DNA of 64,000 nucleotides from Antedon mediterranea (taxonomy: Eukaryota > Animalia > Echinodermata). The stretch is taken from contig NC_092679.1 of assembly GCF_964355755.1 (NCBI RefSeq), positions 12,011,432 to 12,075,431 of the forward strand. Reading direction: 5' to 3'. Under the pieces are notes generated by a model. It was not told where the DNA came from and searched no databases. It saw nothing but the letters and a program-made list of their open reading frames with translations. Numbering within the stretch: the stretch's first letter is position 1; the number at the start of each line of letters is the position of its first letter. Positions 53,901 to 64,000 of the stretch are shown here, piece after piece. The position numbers and the translations under genes were made by a program.

Positions 53901-56258
53901 GTCTTACATAGTTATAGTTTTGTATCGTACAGAGCAAAATGCTTTTGTTACCGATCAAAGAAAAACTCTGGTATGAAGGAATCAATTTGATTGGTTTGTA
54001 ATTTAACTTTAAAAGTCGAATCTAACTTTTCATATGAAAATCAAGGTCAGTCTTGCATTAGAGCTATGGTTTACAACACTATTGTTTTTTCTCAGTTCAG
54101 AATAGAGTTGTAGTTGTACTAGGAGAATAATCTATAACTTGCACTGCTGCAGCCTGAATTGTACATAGATGTTAACAACAAAGAAAATAACTTTCATTTC
54201 CCTTTAAGGGTACCACGGGTCATAAAGCTGCCACCAACTGGCATGATCATGGTCTGACAAGTCTGCTACGATGGACCAGAACAACTTGCTTTTTTTTTTG
54301 AGTGGCACGACTAATTGGCGACAGAACCTATTGGCCTCTTTTGCCACTCCTTGGCGCAATCTAGCTATTTTTTGTCTTGTTTTGTTTGTATAAATGTGTT
54401 TGCCAAAATTAATAAAATAAAAAATAACATAAAAAATGTTATGGATAACGATCATAATTATGTGTAAAGACATGGTGTATTAGGTCAGACCATTTACCAG
54501 TATCTGATAAAGCCAGATTTAATTAACTTTTAAAAAACCACCAGTTTAGAGCAAGCCACATCTGATTAAGCTACAGTAATGACATACAATTATGACTTTC
54601 TGTTCATATAATAAGTGTAGTATAGACATGTGATAATTTTAATTTAGAATAACCTAGTTTTAAAAACGGATTTGCAGTGTACGGATACAGATTAGGATAT
54701 GATTCAGAAACAAGAGCCTATTGGCCTCCTCTCATCACCATCACGTCTTGACAACTGCTACAGTAAATCCTTGCACAATACTTGTTAAATACTAAATTTA
54801 ATATTTTGTATAAATGTTTTATCTTCTTTAATGTATTAATCATGTTTAAATGTTTTTCATATTTTAATCATTGTACTACTGTATGTTGTTTGTTTTAAAT
54901 GTAGGGTTGCGGATACTAACATATTATGGCGCTTTGTTGATGACGCAACCCCTTAGCCGCATGCGTTGAACATATAATGAAAAGAAAATGAAATCTATTT
55001 ATCACCATTATGTTTTGTCTACATGTTTTTAACAGACAGAAAATTTTTATGTATTTTGATGTGTATGTGTATATTTTATATTGTTCTTACCTTCTTTTTA
55101 CTGCAGTAAATTTGCCATTTCTTTTCTGGTGGCAAGTTAAACATTGCTTCTCTGTGAGGAGCGGATAAGTCCAGCTCATCCTAAATAAAATGATGACAAA
55201 CAATTCATGTTTAAAATACGGACATTTTTTTAATGCTAGATATGTTTAGGTCTAGTCAACAAGCATTTATGTTTTACATTTAATTATCTATCCATTCATT
55301 TTATGTACTTTCACTATTATATATTTATATTTTAGTCTACTCTGTAGCAATGTTAGTATACTTAGGCATACGGGAGTCACGACTTAAAGTTCAGTGAACT
55401 TACTGTGACTTCCATCCACCCACATTTAATATATGTTATGTTATGTAAATGTAAATGATATATATATATAAGTGAGTGGAAAAAATAAATAAATAAAATA
55501 AAAAAAAATAAAAATTCATAATATAATTATTTATTCCTTGGGGAGCTGCCTTTATTGCTATATACTCGATACAAAATATCAAAAGAGTCTAAACTTGTTT
55601 AGATGTTTAGAAAAAGATTCTTAACTTCCTTGAGAATTAATCTCCTCCTAAACATGAAAATGGAATTTAATATTGAATGACAGACCATCTTAAAATTCCA
55701 ATCCTACTACCACCATCCCAACGAGAGATAATACTATAATCTGTGAATGCAAGGCCTAGCATAATCTCTGTATTAAATATTACTATAAAGGCAACTAACA
55801 GCAAACTGACAGCAGATTTAAAAATTTGGAAATTAAACGGTATAAATTATTCAAAACTTAATGGTTAAAAGCAGAGCGACTTTCAGGAAAGAGTTGAACT
55901 CAGAAATTATAAATCAAGCGCTGGTGCCACAATAATTAAGAATTATATTAGTATATTTCAATACATGTATTTCAAGAAATGGCCAAAAAAAACAAAAAGT
56001 TAGCCATCATGACTGTGTAAAAAGATTTAAACACAGTACGTGTGAACACCTTGGTATTTGTTAAATGTTAAATGCTACAGTAGTTTCATATTATTATTAT
56101 ATAAAAGATCTGGAATAACTAACCACAAGTTCAATGAACTTTGCATTGAGTTCTTCCATTGATGGCATAGGTTCTGCATTCTCCAATTGATGGAGTGCCA
56201 TTCCATTTTCTGTATCATATTTGATTTCTGGTGTATCTCTTCCAAAACAACAGAACAT
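32991..56258 (-). CDS. DAAM1: Dishevelled-associated activator of morphogenesis (DAAM1/2-type formin), 23 coding exons, ~1073 aa
   Basis: Exons: 56124-56258 ([12 protein letters not shown]), 55091-55180 ([14 protein letters not shown]), 50336-50404, 49822-49913 ([12 protein letters not shown]), 49025-49160, 47470-47667, 46825-46935, 45895-45998, 45566-45632, 44980-45097, 44174-44362, 42425-42492, 41933-42046, 38351-38758 (FH1 polyproline, PLKSFNWSK), 37711-37965, 37110-37216, 36573-36661, 35980-36194 (GNYMN), 35313-35374, 34985-35045, 34403-34534, 33479-33649, 32991-33221 ([19 protein letters not shown]). Total 3222 nt, in frame. An in-frame stop upstream of the ATG and an acceptor at 56305 imply a 5' UTR exon further right. 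Confidence 0.95.
34575..34735 (-). mobile_element. Probable LINE 3' tail with (GAATAT)n
   Basis: The minus strand ends ...CTGGATAATAAAT-GAATATGAATATGAATAT, i.e. AATAAA plus a short tandem tail. Confidence 0.4.
36290..36416 (-). mobile_element. tRNA-headed CORE-type SINE
   Basis: Shares CTGGGTGGAGAGAGG and AACTCCTGATC...AGTAGTCCA with 46565-46706. Confidence 0.6.
36800..36870 (-). mobile_element. tRNA-derived SINE head (not a functional tRNA)
   Basis: The minus strand has an A box TGGTCTAGAGG and a B box GGTTCAAGTTC, but no clean cloverleaf. Confidence 0.45.
39850..39930 (-). CDS. Candidate alternative last exon of DAAM (26 aa + stop)
   Basis: Acceptor TTTTTGTTTTTGAAAG; phase 0 gives [26 protein letters not shown]. 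7 of the first 21 residues match the start of the constitutive next exon ([21 protein letters not shown]) without gaps. Confidence 0.45.
   Translation of the reverse strand, partial: AKSEKRIFLDLERFSKRFQSLLGTKH
42667..42801. mobile_element. Tc1/pogo-type MITE family (degenerate relatives at ~32125-32236, 42551-42617 and 47815-48060)
   Basis: CAG(C/T)AGAACCTCTATT...GGACAC left-end motif and AGGGGTT(C/G)TACTGTA right-end motif recur. Confidence 0.5.
43320..44095 (-). mobile_element. 5'-truncated CR1/L2-group LINE fragment (ORF2 region downstream of the RT core, 3' UTR and (AAAC)n tail)
   Basis: [36 protein letters not shown]...[15 protein letters not shown] and [15 protein letters not shown] are typical LINE ORF2 C-terminal motifs. 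The frame is broken by stops, and a microsatellite tail lies at 43320-43340. Confidence 0.88.
44398..44768. repeat. 24-bp minisatellite (AGAATAGACATATCATGCAAGGGA-like), ~14 degenerate copies
   Basis: AATAGACA recurs about every 24 nt, with alternating variants. Confidence 0.9.
46565..46706 (-). mobile_element. tRNA-headed CORE-type SINE
   Basis: The minus strand has a head GTGGCACAGTG...GAGTTCAA, then CTTTAGGCAAAACACTTTAC...GCCTCTCTCCACCCAACTGTACAAATGGGTAAC. Confidence 0.65.
49980..50368 (-). repeat. 79-bp tandem repeat, 5 copies, spanning a DAAM exon/intron boundary
   Basis: GGTGGGTTCAATAATG recurs at 49981, 50060, 50139, 50218 and 50297. Each unit carries the exon end ([10 protein letters not shown]) and the GTAAGT donor. 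Confidence 0.97.
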
Positions 56259-59200
56259 CTTGAAAAGATTATGCTTGACTGTCTGTTGTCAACAATGTTT
56301 CAACCTGAAAGAAATTAAACCAATAATAATTAAAAATAATATATAAATTAGGATCTAAATGGATATCCCAACATTACTTGCTTTATTGGAAAAATCTGAT
56401 TTTTTCTTATCTTAAAAATTCTAAATTTAATAGGTTCATTTTACTGCTCAATTTAATTATTACAGTTTTAAAATTGGTTAAGTTTAGTTTAGGCCACCAT
56501 TTTTTGCCAAAAAATTCGAAGATTTTTCTAAGACTAGTGTCAGGCCATATTAGTCACTGCACACATGAATTCTTGCTGTCATAACCTAACAAATAACACA
56601 CAACTTACATCTTTATATTTGATAATTATAATACAATCATCTCCATTAATACAATTAAAGTACAAGAGACTAATACAGGATCTAGCTAGCACTTTGCAAT
56701 GTCAAATGTACTTCCTATCCATGACCTTGTGAGTGGGTGAATAATTTGTAACAATGACCTTGCCATCAGTGAGTGAAAAGTTCTAGTGTTTTGGTTTGTA
56801 AACTCATTTTCCCATTAATTAATGTACAGAAATTCTGTGTATAAATACTGTTGATCGTTAAGCAGGAATTAACTGATTGCAACACCAAAAACAAATATAT
56901 CATAAATATAATGCACTCTGGTTTTTTGTAGAGTGGTATGTACCAATTAGGAGTCTGATTTAACTTCCATAAATCATGGTTATCCAATTTTTGAAGCATT
57001 TATTACAGTATATATTTATTTAATCTTTTGTCTATAAAATTTGACACATATACTCATAACTACTGTATACTAACATTACAATCCACCAACAATATTCTTG
57101 ATATTATCATGGAGTAATGATATTATGTTATATTTTTCATGTAATGAGGAACTTATTTGATGTTACCATACCACAATGACATCACAAAAAAATAAATGCC
57201 TCCCTTGAAAAAAAAATTGGCTCACTCGAATAACAAGGGGCATTTTTTGAATAAATACTGTACAGTGTTATAGTTTCTTCATTGTGTAACCATTGAGTTT
57301 TGTAATAGCTAAATAAACATACTGTGATGTAATTTCAATGATAACCAACAGACAACCTTTTATCTATACAAGTAAATTGATTAGGCTGTAAATCAATCAT
57401 GCTTTAAATAGTTAATCATTGTGAACTTTATGAATGAAGGAAGCTGCTGTATGCAAATCAAAGTTCAAATCTCAAGCAGTTTAAAATCAATATATGTAAT
57501 GTAATGCTAAAAATAGATTATGACTCACACAAAATGTCTGAGAGTAATTTCATGCCAGCATCCTTAGATATTATAATTCAAATTGATAATTCATAATATA
57601 ATAATATTGTTACTGTAGGTCTTTTCATAAATTATTCACTAAAAAATAAAGAGATTTGAAGGTGATGATAATACAGTAAATTGTTTGCCTTTTCTTTACT
57701 CACAAAATATGGAATGGAAAAACCCATCTCCTGTAATACAAATAGACTGTATGTACTGAGATTGAGAACAACAATTAAATCTAACCCCAATACTAGAGCA
57801 ACCCAGGAGCCAAATCGTAAGCGTAAATGGGGTATATGGTGGTTTCTATCTGTATGCATAGTATTTTCTTAGGTCCTATAAAGAAGTCAATGTTTTGTAA
57901 TATTCAGGTCAATTAAGAATTGGAAAGATTACAGTATTACGAACATATTTAGCTCAGCAGGTTGGAATAAATGGTCGATATTCTCAATGCAATTTATTTA
58001 ATTCAACAAATACGTTTTACATGGAAAATAATTTAAAAAGTTCACCATAAAAATGACAGAAGTACAGTATCCTCAATAATGGAAAGAGTATTAAGTTTTA
58101 GTGGGTCAGCTTGGGTTCCATATTGATGGTTATCAAGTGTCTCTTGACCATGTCGTTTATCTTCCCAATAATCTGTATTTTCATACCAATTTCTGATGAC
58201 TTTGTTGATGGTGATCTCTATCAATCACTCTAGGTACAACACTTCTAATAGCAGCACCTACATTTTTAATTTAAACCTAATTGGATTATTTCAATAACTT
58301 GACCTACTTGAATTAACCACCAACAGTAGGGGTTCACAACAATTGTACATTTAATAGCTTTGTAGTCTATTTTTAGACATGGTATTTGATAACTATTTAT
58401 TTCATTTTTTTAGACCTTTTCAGTTCACAGATCATGATATCAGCAGTAGTAAAAATTACCTTCTGTTTTGGCAATAATTGCTAAAGTGTGAAAAAAGCAC
58501 CAGTGCATAAGTATTGATGCAAATTAATTTGTCAGACACACAGGATAAAGCATCTTTTTCTCATATCAAGATATTAGAGAAAAAGAATGTAAATATTATT
58601 AATAACCATATTTAAAAAAAATGTTTAAATCATCCCTACCTTGTGTTTATATAAATCCACCAAAAATGATTACAATATATTATTGAATAATGCAAGTTTG
58701 CAATAATTGCTAATATTTGGCCATCAATGTGGCACACAGTTGTATCTCAAAGTGTAGGTCTAACTGCTGTAAACTTGTGTTGTGTATGCACACTTGGACC
58801 AATCAGATTGGAATAGTCTATTTAATTAGAGGGATGTCTGACCTTCCTTTTGGAAGGAAGCTGTTATTAGAAATGGAAATGTCTCTATACAGCTGATAGC
58901 AGCTGACAAGAATAGGATGTAGTCTACTAAATATTTAACCTATTAAAACTATAATGTTCTATTAAAAAAACAAGGCATAATGATATAACGAAGTATTGTT
59001 CCAATAAGGAAACATTAATGTCAGGGTGTTTAGACGCTACTGCATAGAATTGTGTCGTGTAGGCAGATCTAAAAGGAGAGTCAGATGGTAACGGGTACAT
59101 GGGCAACAACACCCCTCTCCATCAAACATATGCACACATTAAATTGTGAAAATGATAAAACTAAATGGCTAAACATAGGACATTATGCTTCATATCACAA

Positions 59201-59742
59201 TTTTTACTGTCAGGCACCTTCTTTCTTTCACCCTTCTATTATAAAATCCTGGATACTGGTGTCATTCCAACATCAATGACTTGACATGGTGGTCTCAAAT
59301 TTAGCTTTTATTCATTATTGGCAGAGCCATTTCGTAATATGCTTAAAATTGCTAAGATATCCATGTAATGTAATCTAAGAGAGCGTTGAGCATTGATAGC
59401 AAAATACCCAATGGCTACGGATATTATAAGACCTACATAATACGAGTAAAGTAGGCCAAATGTGTACAGATACTAAATTACACTGAATGAATTACATCTT
59501 TTTATAATGCTAATAATAATACATACAAGGACTTAATTTTTGTTTATAAACTAGCAAACTGAAAAACCTGGATATGTTTCAAATGTTCGCAGCCCAATTA
59601 TAAAAATTTAACTCAATACTGTAAATACAAAACAAACCCCATCCATTACATTCAGACTACATTGAGGGGTAGCTGACTCATTTGAGTTACAGCGATGTCT
59701 GCCCCTGCTGCCCAGCATTTTTTCACTCTATTTTATATTTGA

Positions 59743-60460
59743 TACTGGTCGAAATGAGTACAGTAGATCAGGCAGGGCTAGACCAGCACACCAAAATCTC
59801 CACAAACCATTTTATGCTGGTCGAAATGAGTACAGTAGATTAGGCAGGGCTAGACCAGCACACCAAAATCCCCACAAACCATTTTATGCTGGTCGAAATG
59901 AGTACAGTAGATCAGGCAGGGCTAGACCAGCACACCAAAATCTCCACAAACCATTTTATGCTGGTCGAAATGAGTACAGTAGATCAGGCAGGGCTAGACC
60001 AGCACACCAAAATCTCCACAAACCATTTTATACTGGTTGAAATGAGTACAGTAGATTAGCCAGGGCTAGACCAGCACACCAAAATCTCCACAAACCATTT
60101 TATACTGGTTGAAATGAGTACAGTAGATCAGGCAGGGCTAAACCAGCACACCAAAATCTCCACAAACCATTTTATACTGGTTGAAATGAGTACAGTAGAT
60201 TAGCCAGGGCTAGACCAGCACACCAAAATCTCCACAAACCATTTTATACTGGTTGAAATGAGTACAGTAGATAAGGCAGGGCTAAACCAGCACACCATAA
60301 TCTCCACAAACCATTTTATGCTGGTTGAAATGAGTACAGTATATCAGGCAGGGCTAGACCAGCACACCAAAATCTCCACAAACCATTTTATGCTGGTTGA
60401 AATGAGTACAGTAGATCAGGCAGGGCTAGACCAGCACACCAAAATCTCCACAAACCATTT
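59743..60460. repeat. 72-bp minisatellite, 10 copies
   Basis: GAAATGAGTACAGTA recurs every 72 nt from 59751 to 60399. Confidence 0.97.
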
Positions 60461-63400
60461 CAGATACTCAACACCAATACAAACAATCAAAATTTCACCC
60501 GATTGAAATTTGTATTATAAGTTATTTTACAATTTATCACAATGTATCCTGATTCTACTTAAGTACAAAAAATATCATAATTTTAATTTTGAGAAAACTG
60601 TATCTTGTATTTTTGTGGAGATAATATGAATAAAGGTGGATAATAAAAAGTTGATTAATTAATTATATTAATATAGTTGAATTTATAAATTCAATTCCAG
60701 TGTACTGTATAGTAGGTTATGTGTACAGTATGTGAATCTACAGTACTCAGAGTAATATAATGTATAGTATTATTATTACTCTGGTTAGTGACAAAACATG
60801 GTATTAATTATGTTGATGTTTGCCAGTAAAAGCTTCTAGTGTTTTTAACTTTGTCAGATTTCACACTATGAGTGATGCTTTTGAAATAAAGATCATTGAG
60901 GCACACAATGCGTACCATTATATACAAGATGCCTACAGACAAATGTAAAACACAATTCATTCCAGCTGGGTGAGAAGAAAGCACAGACTGCAAAGAACAA
61001 AGATCACATTTACACTTGTTCGCCTGCCTGTCCACAGTAATGCATAATGAGCTAGTGTAGTGTGTGATTATACAGCTATTTCAGGCTTGTTTGGGAAAAT
61101 ACTATCTTTATTCAAAACAAACAAACTGAACAACTACATTTAGTTGTAAACAGTAAGTAAAACAGCCATGCATTATAATTATTATTAATGGTTTGAATAC
61201 AAAATGAAATATTAAGCAAAATATACAAAACTTCCACCCTTCCCACACACAAAAGTGGATGTAATTTCATGTTCAATAGGATCAGTTTGTGTTAATTGTT
61301 ATTTTCAGGTTTTTTTTATTCAGAGCCTGTGTATCTACAGTATTGTTCAAATGTATAAATTCCCTTTATCTATATTGATAACTGAATTAAATATAATTTA
61401 TTTGCAATAATCCTCCTCATAAAACAAAATGACAGGAATATGATCACAGTTGTCAACAACTTATTAATTGTCCATAAACATTCAATTTGCTAAAGCACGC
61501 CTGCTGTTACTAATACTAATACAATGCTTCTATATTATAATTATTCATATTGTGACATTGTGCTTTTTTAATGTCTCTTTTACTGTCAGGTTTTAACAAA
61601 TAAAGGCGATCAAGGAATAAAATAATTTTTTCTTCATTGCTGCATTTTGTAAATGTTGTTTTGTGCTATAGTATGTTTGAATTATATTGTAAAGTTTTAA
61701 CTTGTTTAAGTAATTTTATGGTCGATATAACTAAACGTCTTTTGATAGTTTGTGTTCAAAAGTTGAATATGATGTGCGATATATTTCAATTAAAATAAAA
61801 AGCATTTAGCAAGAAAGTGGGTCTGTATAAATGATATTTCCTACTGTGTAATATACAGTACAAGGTTTGAAGAAAAAAAAAAGAGGTCAAAAGTTACTGA
61901 GTACCCATACCTCAAAGTAATGGCCTTTAAAAGAAAAAAAAATTACACAGACTCTCTTTCTTAATATAGATTATATAATAATAATTTAATATACTGTACT
62001 TTGTAAAAAAAATGTAAGGAGTTCAATGGGACGATTTTAAACTAGTACTAGTAGTACTGTACCCATTATACCATTCAAATTTTCTATATCTATTCGAAAT
62101 ACTATCCCTGAAATTGTTTAACTTTTGTAAATTCTAATTAAAGTTAATAGAGCTTGTAGTAATAAGTCTATACAATGTTTTCAATATTTTATAGGTCAAA
62201 TTTCTGAAAAATTATGTAATGGTATAGCTGGGTAATCACAACACAGGTGGAAACAATGGACCATTCAAGGTAAAAAATATATAATATCACAGGCGTAGGT
62301 TAGGCCACAAGTGAAAGAAATTCAGAGAATAAAAGCCCAGTCCATAGGCAGTATAAACCACAAAAACAGTCATCAATAAAAATTCATTTTCACAATGGAG
62401 GACCACAATGGAAGGCTTTAAATTGTTGACTAATGCCCTGTGGAGAAACCACATTGAAGTGAATACCTAGTCATACTATTACTTTCATTTTGTAGTGTGT
62501 AAATATAAAACAAAATGGGTATCACCAAAAAAAAAACCATAAGAGACAGGAGGAAGGTGGTGAACAGAGTGTTTCTGTTCATCAAGAAGCGTTATTTATA
62601 TTTGAGACAAGTGGTTGGCAAATAACCATCACACTAAAAGCACTGTTTAACCTCTACAAATCTGTTTTTTCATAGAAAATTGGAGAGAAAGGAAGACTGG
62701 GACATGCACAGTTTAAAAGTAGGCGGGGCTTAGTGTAAATTGCCATCATCCAACTCTTCTCATCCTGATGCGTAAAGTCCCTATTTCAACTGGACCCACT
62801 ACTATTCATAAAGTTAAGCTGGTTTTACTCTTATCTCGCAACACAAGTAATTTGACAAGCCATCTTTTTTTATTGGCCCAGGCAGTTTTGTGCTATAGTA
62901 GTGGGAACCAAACATTAGTTACAAATATGAATTCCTAACCTGTCTACCTAGGATACAGGCAATTGAGAAGAAAACAAATTAGAAATTCTTTATACTGTGG
63001 ACGTCACAATTCTATTTTTGTGAAACCTACAGTAGTCAATGAACTGACTAAGTGTCAAGTATGTACTTAAATTATTTAATTATAACAAACTTAATTCAAT
63101 TTCCCTGGAAATAATACAAAATAAAATTCCATTTTCTGATGATAGATTTTAAGATCCAGATGTCTTGAGACTTTAAAAAGTTATCCCTGAGAATGTTAAT
63201 TGAGAATAAACAACATAGAGTTTAGAACTCAGTTTAGACTAGTATGAAAAACTGCTTTTCAAATCTATTAACCTGGATAGAACTAATCAGTACCTTTCAT
63301 ATTTGTAATTATATTTACAGTCAAAATCTGGATGTGTGAAAGAAGACGTTTAGACCATGTTATAAGCATGTGTGTACCTTCATAAACACATCATCCACAA

Positions 63401-64000
63401 CAAAAAGTTAGAAATATCCGGTCACCATAACTTGTGCCCCCTGATATTGATCATCTTTCCTCTTAAAAATATTACCGTAATATTTTCTTATGTAGGTGTC
63501 GCAGACTTATTTATACCTGCATTGCAATTTCTGTTTCCGACTGTTTTAGTCCATGGTACTACTGTAGGGCTAATAATCACCATTATTTTGTGTTGCAGTT
63601 GAACATCGATAACAGGTTAAATGGCGTTCTCACTTCCAATCGTTTGCGGGTTATTTATTCACACGGTTATTCCTCGGCTGTGTGAAAAGGGCTCTGAGTG
63701 AGTGTGCTTTGGATTTTGGCACAAGCCTCAAATTAAAGGCAAACTGCTTTCTCATCTGGAATAATTATATGCTGTGTTTAGCACATTACAGAGGTCTGGA
63801 ATGCTAACTTTCACAGAGTTCAACTATAATAGTTAGGTTTATGTAAACATGTATTCTTATGGACTTGTTTTTGTTAACTCTAGGAGGGCTTAATCATATG
63901 AGTGGATATAATCCTTAAAATAATATTAGAACTTACAATTGTGAGCACAGTACTATCAAAGTTACTAACACATTTTAACAAACTCCTGTTGAATGAAGAC

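Noticed and set aside
60258-60506. 24-aa repeat protein
   Set aside because: It comes from the 72-bp minisatellite, and other copies carry in-frame TAG in the same frame.

Overview
AT-rich, intron-containing animal DNA, probably from an invertebrate deuterostome; it is not prokaryotic, and most entries in the ORF track are spurious. Three spliced genes can be rebuilt by hand with consistent reading phase. An OATP/SLCO4-like transporter lies on the minus strand (9 coding exons, 1413-8186, ~688 aa). ABCD4 lies on the plus strand (13 exons, 18610-29537, ~625 aa). The formin DAAM lies on the minus strand (23 coding exons, 32991-56258, ~1073 aa). A small unrecognised minus-strand gene with an N-myristoylation-type start lies at about 9197-10141. 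Between it and ABCD4 is a 6.7-kb non-autonomous CACTA/EnSpm-like element with CCCAGTGGGCA termini, an AA target-site duplication (TSD), oppositely oriented 112-bp and 61-bp tandem arrays, and nested MITEs. Other mobile DNA includes two P-like elements with 7-bp TSDs, a Helitron, Harbinger-like and Kolobok-like MITEs, LINE/SINE fragments and a 5S-derived pseudogene. The most notable observations are a candidate duplicated alternative last exon that would give an FH1/FH2-less DAAM, a minimal hammerhead ribozyme on the sense strand of an ABCD4 intron, a minisatellite carrying five copies of a DAAM splice donor, and a probable divergent promoter split by transposons. All coordinates were read by eye, and no searches were run.
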